DNA of 63,933 nt, counting the filler, from Blastocystis sp. subtype 4 (Eukaryota), in assembly GCF_000743755.1 (NCBI RefSeq). It is 9 parts of 9 records of this genome, joined end to end, with 100 filler letters (N's around TTAATTAATTAA, not from the genome) between each part and the next. Parts side by side here need not be neighbours in the genome. Positions count along the whole stretch, not along the records: positions 27,658 to 33,436 come from NW_014569096.1; positions 33,537 to 41,480 come from NW_014569095.1; positions 41,581 to 53,085 come from NW_014569094.1; 6 more parts are not named here. The stretch is one strand, 5' to 3'. The number at the start of each line of letters is the position of its first letter. Position 1 is the first letter of the stretch. The notes beneath the pieces were generated by a model. That model was not told the DNA's origin, made no database searches, and saw only the letters and a program-made list of their open reading frames with translations. Position numbers and translations under genes: made by a program. Positions 28,039-41,664 of the stretch are shown one piece after another.

Positions 28039-30739
28039 TTAAGAATCAACTTCGATCTCAAGACTGGTATTGTGAGATTCGTGCGTACTTTCCTCCGATT
28101 CCTCTCGTATCGCATTTACAATCTCGCGATATTGGCTCTGGTCCTCCAGATAGATATTCCACAAATCACGATCAAACAGATAAGCCAGACGAACAGAGCG
28201 AACATCCAGAAATACCAAGATAAGTACTCCTAGTACAATACAAACACAGGTAACGATAGAAAAGGAGGGAGGATAGTCAGCCGATTCATACAAACTACCT
28301 GTATTCAAACTCAAATAATCCACAGCCACTTGACAAGAATCTCCTTCGACAATATCCATACAAGCCAAATACTCAGTCGCCAAATCATGGAGTTGATAAA
28401 ATGCAATTTTTCTACTACTCTTTGCTTCACTCTCTCCAAATATGTCCACAGCTAGGAAATTCCTTGAAAAGAAGTCCGAATTAGTTTTCTCCGAGACAAA
28501 ACAAGAAGTACATCCTGGAAGGAAACTGCAAATAGAGACTCGTTCGACCAAATTACAATCACGAACCATAAAATGCAAGGTATAGTTGATACTTGAGAGA
28601 TGTCGTTCGGTAGAGTTTCCACCTTGATAAGAAGCGAAAACGAACTATTTATCATATAATCCGATCAAAATACTGTGAAATTGAGGTAACTTCGACTTGA
28701 CATTAATCGTTGTGAACCGGTTAATAACGAATCCACACTCACATGAAATACAACCAGCAACTCTTGATATCCTTTAATTACCATGGAATCCATAGTTGCG
28801 GGAATCAATACTGTCTGATTCACATAGTACATAGTATAATAGACATCAGGATAAGCATCATTTACGATACGTGTGTAGGAGAAAAGGGATCCATAGAAAG
28901 GAGCTAGGAATGAAAACTGCTTATAAGAGTCACATAAATTAACGATAGTGAGATTCACATCTGTTTCAAATTGATCAAGACTCAAATAGATATAAGCAGA
29001 ATCCTCCAAATGATCACTTATCATATCAAGTTGACAATTCTCTGTATAGTTTCCAAAGCATACTCCAAGACAATCCATATCACTATTAGGAATATGTTCT
29101 ATAAATGATCATTGCATTCTTTATCATACGAGTCAATCCACCACTACACACACCACATGTATCAAGCATAGCAGATCCTCCACATACATTCATACAGTCA
29201 ACAGTCTACATATCATCTCTCATTCGATCATTGACCGAAGTCAAACAACACACTGGATACATTGCTGTTGAATCCAAAGCTTCAGAATATGCAGTGTTGC
29301 AATATCCAGCACAGTTCACAGACTCCCAAGGACAGCAAGTATTCCCTCGATCAAGAACAGTATTGCTAGGACAGTCAGCAGAAGTGACTCCAAAGATCTC
29401 ATCATCGAGACCCATGCATTGAGTAGCATAGGTTGTATTGGCTGAACACAAACCACAGACAGAACATGTTATAGAATCTTCCATATCACAGGTTAGTGAT
29501 ACGCTTGACACTAATGATGATTGGAGAATCTGAAGAGGATCATGCATAGATATGACCTCCCACGTGTCTGTAATAGAAGAAGACATTCTATGAATCAGAT
29601 ATGAAGAAGGAGGTTACTCTAATTGAACAGAGATCATTACAGAATCATAGGGCAATTCAGGTTTCATACATCTAAATTCATGTGAGACAGAATCAAGACT
29701 ATTTGGTCAATTCCACAATTCATACTTACATGGCTTCTGATGTATGAGTTCCATTGAATAAACATCGAAATTGGATTCCTGAAGTATTACAAGAGAAGAC
29801 ACTGAAATGAATGTGAAGCAATGTACCTAAATAAACAAGAATCATATATTAATACTAGTCTGAGGGACTCTAAAAGGACTTACACACAGTTCTGTAGGAG
29901 TCAAACACATCCATATGGACCTCTCATAATCATAGCTTGCATTGGTAGATGCATTGTAAATTTGCAATATATAGTCCTGGTTCACGTAATTACCAGCGAG
30001 ATTCGTGTTCCTATATGTCATAATAAGGAAATAATCACACCATTCATATGCATTACTCGAAATAATGGAACTCCGCTCTGTATAGTTACCTGTAGTATAA
30101 AAGGGACGAATTCCGATTAATCCAGATAAAGTACCAGAGTCATATGGCATTGGCCATATCAACTACAAATGAAATATACTATAGAAAGAGACCGATTTAT
30201 ATATAAAGTTTACACTTCCATCACGATGTAATACCAACTGGAACGACAAAGGACGGGAAGGTAAACTATAAGGAGGGACTTGCTCCCACCTCACAACAAA
30301 TCGATCCGTATCCCAACCATACAAAACTTGAGCTGTTGAGTTCTCTAAGGGATTCTATGTCATATCATCAGACAGAATATACAAGGTCATAAAGATATGG
30401 AGCAATGAGAGCCTGATAATCAATTGTCGCCAATGAACACATCGGGTCACTAAAGCAACACTCACATGGAACACCAACAGCAAAAGAAATCATTCCATTG
30501 GGACTAAGCCAAACCCAATGCTGATAACGATCATAGAAAAGGAACGGAAACTAAGACTAATGCTAAAACCAATACATTACGGGTAATTCAACGCGTTCAA
30601 ATGGGGAGTCATCCACATTCGACACCGAAGACACATGCCAAGTCTTGATATCATCAGTTGAGAATGTTGGTGCAATAATATTAATGTATTGCATCCCACT
30701 GCAAACACAAAACAAGAAGACAATAGACCATATTACCAT
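28039..30739 (-). CDS. Cys-rich type I membrane protein with a NIDO/PLXDC-like N-terminal region
   Basis: Signal peptide MVIWSIVFLFCVFAVG; FYDRYQHWVWLSPNGMISF and LIAPYLYDLNP; DTCGVCSGG and DCLGVCFG repeats; TM FSIVTCVCIVLGVLILVFL. Confidence 0.62.
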
Positions 30740-30824
30740 TGGGTATTATCAAATGCGTATTAAATGGATCAAATCTTTAAAATAAGATACCAATTAAGAT
30801 AGAAAAACAATAATCGAAAAGAAA

Positions 30825-30898
30825 AGCACACAGTGGGACTTGAACCCACAATCTCTTGCTCCGTAGGCAAGCGCCTTATCCAATTAGGCTATGCGTGC
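30825..30898 (-). tRNA. tRNA-Arg (ACG)
   Basis: Acceptor GCACGCA/TGTGTGC, anticodon arm CTTGC-CTACGGA-GCAAG, T-loop GGTTCAAGTCC. Confidence 0.95.
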
Positions 30899-30983
30899 TT
30901 GTTTATCTTTCTGTTTGGTTCTATATCTAACATATATTTCTGAAGAAAAGCAATCTTCATTAATAGTGCATTCAATCCTTGTG

Positions 30984-32995
30984 ATGAAGTGTATTCTAAG
31001 ATCTGTCTTGTGTACGATCATTTGATAGTCTTTATTGTAGATACACTTCTTCTCTCCTATTCGATTTCCTTTTCCATTATTTCTAGTGAAGGTAGTCTAA
31101 AGAACTCGAATTCGGTACATTCCATCGGATCTCGTCTGTGTATTCTAGTTCTGTAATCTTTTAGTAGTTCCAAATAGTAGTACTGATACTGAACGTTCCA
31201 GCCACTATAGTATATCAATATCAAAACGTTCGTTGTCTGAAGATGATATTACAGAACACCGAGTTATTGTGAAAAAGAAGAAATATCATAGTATAGTAGA
31301 TTCTGGTGATGAAGAAGATATCGAATCTCCTCTTCACAAGCAAAAACGAAGAAGACAAACTCTTATCAATTCAAACTCGGAGAACTATGAGAATACCAAG
31401 CAACAAGAGGATTCGGATATTTCAGATCCTGTTGAAACAAAGATCACAACAATGAAACCATATCTTAATACTGCTCTCCGTTCTCAGCCAGAGGAGAGTG
31501 AAATTCCAATCACAGAAAAATCAGATGCTCCTCAACTTACACTCTCGATTACCAAAGTGTTTCCTCATAATGTCACTGCATCTGTTCAGGCTACTGTTCC
31601 AAGCCGTGTATGGTGTACAGTTCGGAGCCGTTCAGACTCGGAACCAACGGTTACGATGTTGAAACACCTTGTTCCTCGAGAGGTGGTAGATACAATAACA
31701 GTTGATTATGATTGGTTGAAGAGCACAACCTCCTACACATTCTATTGTTACGGAGAGAGTTTAACTGGAGTTCCAATGCTCGATACCATTCCGAGTGTCG
31801 GTGTTGCGTTTATGACTCCAGATGAAGAAGGAGCAGGTATAAATCTTGGTTTCATTCATATTCAGGAAAACTAGTTCTTTCCAATGTTCATCGATCCCCT
31901 ACACAGATCATTTTCACCTTCACAGAACCATTAGCAGATCCCACAGTATGTCGTCTCCTTCACTATGATGGGAGTATCATTCGTTCTCAAGTAATTGATG
32001 TGGACCATTGGAGCAACCAATTCAGCTTTGATGATCTGAATCCATCTACAAACTATCGCTTCTTCTGCGGATCTGGTCCAGAGGCGAATGAGATGTCTCG
32101 ACACTTTGCTGTTACTTCTAAGATGTATCGATTGTCTTCAGTTCCCGTCTCTCATACATGGCGGAATCTCATGATTTTTGGATGTATTGTGGTTCTTACT
32201 GTTGTGGGTTATTACGTCTATCCACGAGTTAAATCTCATTTAGTGGGAATAGGGTAACAGAGAATCAATTGGCTCATAAGTAGACTCTCAAGTGATGAAG
32301 TGGAAACAGAACCAGATCCTGCACAACAATCATTGTTGCCTCAAAAACGGCCAGGATATGAGAATCTTAGCAAAGAAACAGAAGCTGTCTTGGATTCATT
32401 GGAATCACGTCGTTGGCGATGTGAAGTTTGTCAGTATTTGAATAACGTCGAGGCGGCAGAGTGTGTGATATGTCATAGTCAACGACAGACTCCTGGAGGT
32501 GATACTTATTTCGCACCTCAGGTAACAGAGCCAAAGGTTCCTCCTCAGATTATGCGTGTAACGAAGGAGGAATCGACATCAGATGATTCGGATAGTGACT
32601 CATTATCATCTGTGCCCCCTGTACAGCCAACACAGCCTGCACGTGTAAAATCGTCAGAGGCAGCAGGTGTGGTGATTCGACAGAAAGCTACTGTTAAGTC
32701 CAGTGTCCCTATCACGAAATCGGCTCCTGTGAAGATTATTCCTGCGAACAAGGGATTGAAGTTGAGCACTCCAGTAGCGGCTCCACGAAAACCGGTTGTA
32801 TTGAAGAAAGCTTCAGAAGTAAAGACAACAGATGATCTGTTCGCCGAATTGGGACTGAATGCACAGTAGATGAGAAAGGTATATTTGAATTGTAGAGTGA
32901 AGAAAACAACACGAATTAGCTCAAAGAAGCCTGCAGTACTTGAAATGAGTAGTAGTGATGGGGATGCATGGAAAGAAGATGATTTGGACATTTAG
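30984..32995 (+). CDS. Single-pass membrane protein with beta-rich (FN3-like) repeats and a RanBP2-type zinc finger after the TM
   Basis: LKSTTSYTFYCY and LNPSTNYRFFC; TM LMIFGCIVVLTVVGYYVY; WRCEVCQYLNNVEAAECVICHSQR; TAG 32993-32995 then TGTTTGTT; start uncertain. Confidence 0.65.
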
Positions 32996-33034
32996 TTTGT
33001 TTGTTAAAATAGAACTCATGAAAGCTTCTTTCAA

Positions 33035-33107
33035 GCCCGTCTAGCTCAGTCGGTAGAGCGCCAGGCTCTTAACCTGGTGGTCGAGGGTTCGAGCCCCTCG
33101 GTGGGCG
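33035..33107 (+). tRNA. tRNA-Lys (CTT)
   Basis: GCCCGTCTAGCTCAGTCGGTAGAGCG, anticodon arm CCAGG-CTCTTAA-CCTGG, T-loop GGTTCGAGCC. Confidence 0.96.
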
Positions 33108-33383
33108 ATTTTATTTCTTTCTATTGTTGCTTTTCTATTCATTGAGTTCCTTTTACACACAAGAGTGCTTAATCATTTGGAACATTTTTGATATAGTTAC
33201 CGGTTTAGAGTTGTATTCAACTCAGTATAATTGAATGAACCATCCAAGATAGCGGTTTCATTATTCATTCCTCCACTATCCCAGATTCCATTCGAATAAG
33301 TCGATTTCTTGTTGTAAGTGAACGTGCAGTCATTGATATGTGATTTGGATGAAACCAATGGATCTAACCCGTTGGAATAGACG

Positions 33384-33436
33384 ATGTCTGCTCAACTGAG
33401 TCTTCGTGGATGCCTTCGTGGCCACAACGGATGGGT
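33384..33436 (+). CDS. RACK1: RACK1 (Gbeta-like WD40), N-terminal fragment
   Basis: MSAQLSLRGCLRGHNGWV; cut by contig end. Confidence 0.85.
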
Positions 33437-33536
33437 NNNNNNNNNNNNNNNNNNNNNNNNNNNNNNNNNNNNNNNNNNNNTTAATTAATTAANNNNNNNN
33501 NNNNNNNNNNNNNNNNNNNNNNNNNNNNNNNNNNNN
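33437..33536. other. Artificial contig spacer
   Basis: N44-TTAATTAATTAA-N44. Confidence 0.98.
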
Positions 33537-36031
33537 TTCCCAAATGAGGAAGAATTGGAGCGATCTTCTTCTCAACATAATCACCCAATTCTTCTTCAAG
33601 AGTGAAACGCATTACTACTTCTCTTGAACAATCATAGATGTTCTGATACTTCATAATAGGATAACTGATATCATCATTCCATACAGTCAGATTTGATGTA
33701 ACCACTGTATTGATCTTCTCAAATAGAGAATCATACCAACCATAAGGAAGATTAGTGACAGTGAATACAGTATCAACATATGAAATGCCTTTAGGAGCAT
33801 ATCGATTGATACACATTGAATCATCTATTTCCCAAATAGGTTTCCTTTCAACATCCAATGTACAATGTTTAACACGATATCCAATATACTTGAAAGGACA
33901 CTTCTCAATCTGATTGTCTCCAACACGAATCTCCTTTCCCCAACTTCCTTTACACATTCGATTTGAACGAACATAGAACTGAATATCTCTCATACTGACA
34001 GCTTCACTATTGTTGTAACCCTTATAGAATACGAAACGGAAACCATCATATGCACGAGATGGAGTGAAATCCACTTTGTAGAGATCTTGCATATATAAGA
34101 ATGTGTCATCCTGAACATGTACCAAATCATCTGCTTGAACAATCACATAACTTCCATTCTTATCAGGTACTGTCACTAATCCTTGAATCATGAAATCTAC
34201 AGGATAAAACTCAGATGATCCATAAAAGAAGGAAATCTGATTGATCCAACTCTGATCTCCATTAGTAAACAAATATGTCAGATTCACAGGAACTGCAATA
34301 CTCTTCCAATAGTATTGTTCTCCAAATGCATTCTTGGCTGCATACAGTGACTTTGTTTGTACAGGTTGATCACTAGCAATACCATCATAATCACGTAGAA
34401 GAATCTCTGCTGGAACAGTCTTCAATTTCAAATCAAAATCAATCATATCTGTTGGTGAGGTTGATGATGTTCGTGTCAAACACACACATATCACATTTGT
34501 TCCTTTCGATATCATATCTGAAGGGACTGTTGTTCGAACTGAACTTAGACTCCGAGAAGCCATATCAACATCTGATATCTGAACACCATTTAAGAACACA
34601 GTCACTCGATCATGACCTTTGATTGTTACATGAACAATAGATACTTGAGAGATATCATTGACAGAGAATTGTTTTCGGAAATACACAGTAGAATGAGAGA
34701 ATAATCCCCAACTTCCTGTTTTTCCTTCTTTCCAATTCTTATCACGATACTTCTTCATATTCCAATTCTTATCAGGATTATCACTTATCAAATACTTCAA
34801 ACTACTTCCAAAAGGAATATCATCACCCAAAGTAATCATTTGTACCTGAAAATCTCCTACCACATTCCAAAACATCGTATCCTGGATATTATCATATTCA
34901 TCAAGGAATTTCATTTCATCTGATGTTTCCATCTCCTTTGTCATATTGAGATAGTACCTTCCAGGATCCATACATAGGGCTATGTCATACTCATCTGTCC
35001 AAACAGTGCGTACAAGATTCTGATTGATATCATAGATATAGAGATAGATTCTATGCCCATAAGGATGTTTGATATGAAGATAAGAAAGCTGAGGAGGACA
35101 CTGGTTGATATAAATGTTCAATACAACCTCAGAACTACCCTTCTCATTTGATGCTCTCATTGTGAAAGTGTGTACTCCGTATGGTAATCGCACTCCCAAT
35201 TCCTGATAAATGTCATTCCATCGCACATTTGAACTAGATGATTCAATGACAACTGGATAGTAATGATCTGAAATAGGAATAGAAAATGTGTCGTAGTTAT
35301 TTGTCAAGCCTACTATATACTCTGGAGCAGTAATCACAGGAACTCCTGAAGAATGATAAGAGAGTGTATTCTGAGATGACTCACGAGACCTCAGAACAGT
35401 TCGCATCAAAAGGAGATTGTCTTCACCATAAATAGTGACATAGCATCTGTATGCAGGACAATAGGAGCAGTATGCAATAACATCCATATCATCTTCATAC
35501 AAACACAAATCTCTAGAACTCGTTAGGGTCACATTCCGAAGGAAAGTGGAGTGATAGTTGATTGTCATAGTCACATCACCTGACTGTGTTACATGATAAT
35601 AGAAACCAGAGGGACAAGTAATCACATCCAAACTGAACGAAGCACTAACAACCACTGTTGATTCCACTGAAATTGTATACTCCTTTGTTTCATTAGTGTA
35701 TAGTGGGTATCCACGAATCGTCAGAGTAGTTGTATCAAAAGTCAAACCATCAGGAAGGGATGGAACAATACTCCATTTTCCACCTGGTACAGTACTTGAT
35801 ACATAGTAAACAACATAATCGTCTCTAGCAATGAAGTGGAGTTGAGTAGTCTCTTGACCCTTATCATCTCGGATTATAATTGAATCATCGTTAGTAACTA
35901 TATATCAATTAAATCCATATTGATTACTTCCAACTACAGACTTTGCAGAAACTAACGTACAACTAACTATACATCATAACCAGAGACTATTCGATACGTA
36001 GCAAAGTCAATACAAGATGATGAAACAACAT
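33537..36031 (-). CDS. Large secreted/surface protein with Ig-like (He_PIG-type) and jelly-roll carbohydrate-binding-like modules, 3' end missing
   Basis: Hydrophobic N-terminus MLFHHLVLTLL; PSLPDGLTFDTTTLTIRGYP; TVYFRKQFSV...TVFLNG...GTNVICV; Cys-rich CPFKYIGYRVKHC; one exon over 2.2 kb. Confidence 0.6.
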
Positions 36032-36273
36032 TGGTAATAGATTAAGCTAACAATCATCAGAATTGTCCCGCGGGAATCTGATATTGTAGTAATATGATAA
36101 TCTTTGTTCAATTCATTTCAATAATGTACTATCATTCATTTCAGAATCTCAAATGAATGAATCAAAGTTGAAACCAAGAACAAACAGATTTCTATTGTTA
36201 ACAATTCAAATGGAATGTGAGAACTGAATATGAGATCATGATGAATGAACGAAAACCGCGATTATTGTATTTG

Positions 36274-38271
36274 ATGTCTTTCGTTATTATTCTTGCATCC
36301 AAACCGGTTTGCTTGGGGGATCTTTTCTCATTTCAGATCACTCATAACATTTCGACAAAATGCAGTAGGACTAACTGGAACAATGGTAACTTTTCATAGA
36401 CTGGTGACCAGGAAATCTTCAGTGTTGTGGCAACAGTATCCAGTTGAAGAGATAGAAACGTAGTACTACTGACATGTTCTCGATAATATAGGGATCCTTC
36501 GACGGAGGCTCTTTTTATAAAGCGAATGGTAGAGTTGTTGTCATCAGATCGTATGGATTTTTTATTTTTGTTCATTTTGCAGTCCAGGGAACGGATGAAT
36601 TGGTCAGTGAAGTTAACAAGACAGTACAAGATGTTCTATTCAGGGATGTAAAGAGTGGATTTGAATTTTGACTTGTAGTTATCGGAAGCAATTATGTCGC
36701 CCAAAGCGAATGAATTTGTGAATTCAATGTCAGAACCACCATCTTGGTTGATTGAATTGTGTAATAGTCCGTTGGGTCGATCTCTCTTCTTGTATATTCT
36801 CAAGGATGCATCACTAAGGGACCGTCTATATACAGGAGATTATAATGGTCTGATTGACTTCTTCGTCTCTTCTCTCATTCTGAACTCTTCAACTGTTTAT
36901 ACCGATATTAAGGGTATATCACTCTCAAATTGCACGCTGTCAACATTGCTTCTTCTGTACGAGCGTGTTCTTAAGGAGATTGCAATGTGTTCATCTTATC
37001 ATGATTGTGATACTCTAATATCTTCGTTCGTAGAACAGTTTACATTTACGACAGCTGAAGAGTTGTGTATCTTTTTAAACTATATGGCGGAGATTGAGAA
37101 TGCAGTAACTAACGATAATGTAAGGGGAGTCTTAGCAACTCTTTCTGAACGTGTTTTCTTGAAAGCCAGAGGAATGAAACCGTTATCACCTGTATTTTTT
37201 ACAATTTTATTGTCATCATAGATGTTGCTAGAAGTGTACTGTGGAGAAACGTCACTTAGTGACTTGTTCCCATCAATTATTAGTATTCTATCAGAGTAAG
37301 TACAATAAATGCCTGTCAAATAGTGATTATGCAAAGACGAATGAGTTATTGGATTATCTGACAAGATTCTCTTCTGCCCAAGTTGCTTTGTTTCAAAAGA
37401 ACCGACTTTATGGTCTTGTCTTTCAGAAGATTGTGAACAGCATCACGACGAATCAGTTCACAGAAGGACGTTATCTCGATGGAATAACTGCCATTCTGAT
37501 ATGGTTATTGAAGGGGGAATTAACATCAGCTATTGCTCAGAAGGAAAAACAACAGCTTCTGAGTGTTCTCCGAGTATGTACATCACGAGACAGCTATCGT
37601 TTTCACAATGCAGATCTTCAGACAATGATTCTTCAGTTCTGTGGTCTGGAAGGAGAAGAGAAGACGAGTATTGCTTGGTTCTATCGTGAATACTGTATGA
37701 AATGGTTAGAAGAGTGTCTTGGAAGCAGTAATCGAAAGAACTTTTCAAAGGAGAGTATGTCATTTTTCTTCGAACTTCTTCTGGAATTGGCAAAGAGTAA
37801 TGTGTACCGAGAACGTGTAGCAACAATCATGGCTGTATTCCCTATGCTGATGTTGTCCGATGATGCGGATTCGAAGAGTGCAGAATTGAGAAGTAGAGCA
37901 AAAGAGTTCATCATTCAGTTGGTGAAGGAAGGGTTTGGAATAGGGGTTGATTGTTACTTAGATACATGAAGATGATTTTGACCATATACAAATCCAACAT
38001 AACGAAAATCAACCAGCCAGAAGTTCTAGACTTCCTTTATCAAGTGATTCTAACCGTTAATATGCCCTTCCCAAAAGAAGAATTGGATCGGTTTTTGGAG
38101 CTATTATTGTATTCGGCTCCCGTACTGCTCAAGACTGTAGACAACAAGCAGAAAGGGTATTTCTTGGAATTTTTGGAGAAGTGTCTGGATTTGAAAGAAT
38201 CGGGAGGGGTGGATGCAAAGTTGTTGGAAGATGTGATATCATCATTGTCTACAATTCAGTATTTAGGATGA
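36274..38271 (+). CDS. Probable NELF-C/D (TH1-like) protein
   Basis: SEPPSWLIELCNSPLGRSLFLYIL, AELRSRAKEFIIQLVKEGF and LDFLYQVILTVNMPFPKEELDRFLELL resemble TH1 blocks in the same order (from memory); start approximate. Confidence 0.55.
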
Positions 38272-38340
38272 CGTGTTTGTTTGATAGAATTGACAGCTTG
38301 TCAAATCGAAGAAACCCATCTTTTTACCACTTTCCATATC

Positions 38341-41307
38341 ATGGATATTTGGCCAGGTGATTCAAGACAAAAGAGAATCCAAGAGTTCGAAAAGACCCAT
38401 AAGTTGCTATACGAGCTAATGTCCTCGTATCTTGGAGAGGGTATGACATTATTTCAGTTAACTTACATAGATATTGATACTATTGAGCGTAGTATCGTGA
38501 ATCATGTAGAATATACGTTGGCATCAACCCGTTTTGACTTTGACGAAACAAAAGCCTATTTGGCCACTAGCCACAGGTATACAAACAGTTTCAATGAAAT
38601 GTAGTGTTCGAGATAGACTAATTGAGCGATTCAATGATACAAATGTTATTGTGGACGACTGCAATTGCAAACGAGTGTAAGATTTCCCGTGTAGTTATGA
38701 ATATAGACACTATTTATCGCTCGAATTTCTGATGGGTCGTTCTCTCCAGAACTCACTTATCAATCTTGGAATTGAAGATAAGTACAAAGAAGCTCTCCTC
38801 GATCTTGGTTATGTAATGGAAGAAATCTATGATGAGGTTGGATTTGGTACAGATACTCATTATCAGGAAAAGGATGCAGCCTTAGGTAATGGAGGATTGG
38901 GTCGTTTGGCAGCGTGCTATTTGGATTCATTAGCTACGGGGAACATTGCAGCAACAGGATATGGAATTCGATATAACTATGGGATCTTCCATCAAGAAAT
39001 CAATCACGAAGGATATCAAGTGGAACATCCAGAGTATTGGTTAACATTTGGATCTCCTTGGGAGATTGAACGAGAAGATATTCAGTATGAGATCCAGTTC
39101 TATGGGAATGTGGCAGAGACAAAGGATGCGTATGGAAATGTGGTGGTAGGAATAAGAGATCTGAATACTGTGTAGAAGAGTTGGGTCAACACCCAGAAAG
39201 TTATAGCATTGGCGTATGATACACCAATCAATGGGTATGGAACGAATCATACAATCAGTCTACGCTTGTGGAAAGCACAACCATGTACAGTAGGAATAGA
39301 ACGAAACTATGAGACAAAGAAATTCAATCTATCGAGCTTCAATGAAGGAGACTATATTTCTGCTTTGAACAATCGAGAGAATGTGATCAGCATAAGCAGT
39401 ATTCTCTATCCAAACGACAGTACCTATAATGGAAAAGAATTGCGACTGAAACAACAATACTTCTTTGTATCGGCGACAATTCAAGATGTGATTCATTCGT
39501 TCAAAGAACGAGGCCTTCCTTGGGATGAGTTCCCTGAATATGTAGAAAAATAAGAACAAAATGATAGATAGCACACGTTCCAGCTGAATGATACACACCC
39601 AGCCATTGCCATTCCAGAAATGATGAGAATCCTGGTGGATCGAGAACACTTGAGTTTCGCCGATGCACTGAGAATCACAACACTGTGTATGAACTATACC
39701 AATCATACAGTGCTTCCTGAAGCATTGGAGATGTGGGATGTGGAGTTACTAGGAAGACTGCTTCCTCGACATCTTGATATCATTTATCAATTGAATGATC
39801 GCCTCATGAAAGAAGCACAGAAGCACCTTCCGGATGAACCAAACATCTGTACTATCTTGAGTATCTTTGAGGAGACACATCCTCAAAAGATACGCATGGC
39901 GAACATGTGTGTCGCCTTTTGTAATCGTGTCAATGGCGTGGCTGAACTCCATACCGAGATTCTTACTTCGAAAGTATTCCATGACTTCTATCGTCTCTTC
40001 CCAAATAAGTTTGTGAACATCACCAATGGAATAACACCTCGAAGGTTTCTGTTTTAACAGTGAATCATGAATAGATGGCTGGTATTATGTAATCCCTCAC
40101 TGACATCACTGATTTGTGATTACATTGGAGGAGAGTTCGTAACTCAATTAGTTTTGATTCAAGAGATTCGTGACTATGTCGATGACGAAGAGTTCAGAAA
40201 GCGATGGAGAGAAAGCAAGCTTGCCAATAAGAAGACTCTTGTTGAGTACATCAAGAAAACGATGCAGATTGAGTTACCGCTAAATGCAATCTTTGATACC
40301 CAAGTGAAACGGATTCATGAATACAAACGCCAACTTTTGAATATCCTCTAGTAGCACTCATGTTTTCCATTCACCCATAGTTGTATATGGAAGTATCTCC
40401 AATTGAAATCAATGTCACCAGAAGAACTCGAATCACAAGTTGAAGTGGTGAAGATCTTTGCCGGAAAGGCAGCTCCTGCATACACAATGGCCAAATCAAT
40501 CATCCACCTGATAGTGAAAGTGAGTGGAATCGTCAACAATGACCTTTCAATTCGAAACAAGTTTAAGATTGTATTTATTCCCAACTACAACGTGTCTCTT
40601 GCAGAGATGATTATCCCTGCAACCGATGTGAGTGAACACATCAGTACTGTTGGAAAGGAAGCAAGTGGAACGAGTAATATGAAGTTCTGTCTCAATGGCG
40701 CCTTGCTCATGTGCACAATGGATGGAAGCAGTATTGAAATTGCTCATGAAGTCGGTGAAGAGAATGTGTAGGGTCACCACATCTCTGTAACCATAGATTT
40801 AAATTCGGTCCATCTTTTGAAGATCAGGAGAAGGGCTTAGCGACTCCCAAAGGGATTTCCCCACGCATCCAGAAAGTATTTGACTATCTGATGCAAGGAA
40901 ACGTTATTACAAAGGACGAGGCGTCGTTTATTATCCATCCCCTCACAAATGGAGACTACTTCCGCGTGTGCGCAGACTTTGATGATTATGTCTGTGCCCA
41001 ACAACAAATGGAAGAAGTCTGGAGAGATAAGGAAGAATGGACAACACGTAGTATCATGACAGTGTCTGGAATGGGCAAGTTCAGTTCCGATAATGCGTTG
41101 GTATTGTAGATTCCAGTGATTCATAGAATATCTCAGTATTGCCGATATGTATGGGATGTCTCACCAGTGACAGAAACCAACTCAGAAATGAAACGAACTC
41201 GATCCTTCCCTCGTCTGAACTCTCTTCCGAAAGAACTCCACTTCTATCACTTTCATTTTTGTTTGAAACCCAATTGGGACAATTGTAGCAAAATGGCACC
41301 TAATTGA
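38341..41307 (+). CDS. Glycogen/alpha-glucan phosphorylase (GT35)
   Basis: [75 protein letters not shown] (PLP lysine); exact 3' end uncertain. Confidence 0.96.
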
Positions 41308-41358
41308 ATTGTGCTCCATTGTCGTGAATTTGCACTTTCCACACATCAACAACACTCT

Positions 41359-41480
41359 ATGGGTCGTGTGATTCGAGGTGCGTATTTGTAGAATCGAATG
41401 AATTCAAAATTGAGTTGATAGAATGAGTTTTGTGTAAATGAGGTACTAACGAGTCGTGTAGGTCAGCGTAAAGGAGCAAA
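41359..41480 (+). CDS. RPL8: 60S ribosomal protein L8 (uL2), N-terminal fragment
   Basis: MGRVIRG-[84-nt intron 41378..41461]-QRKGA. Confidence 0.9.
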
Positions 41481-41580
41481 NNNNNNNNNNNNNNNNNNNN
41501 NNNNNNNNNNNNNNNNNNNNNNNNTTAATTAATTAANNNNNNNNNNNNNNNNNNNNNNNNNNNNNNNNNNNNNNNNNNNN
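41481..41580. other. Artificial contig spacer
   Basis: N44-TTAATTAATTAA-N44. Confidence 0.98.
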
Positions 41581-41664
41581 TTCATCCAAACAAACAACCA
41601 ACAGGACTAAAACAACAGAGAAGCAACTCACAAAGAATAAGTCTATTGCAATACACTCTTCAAG

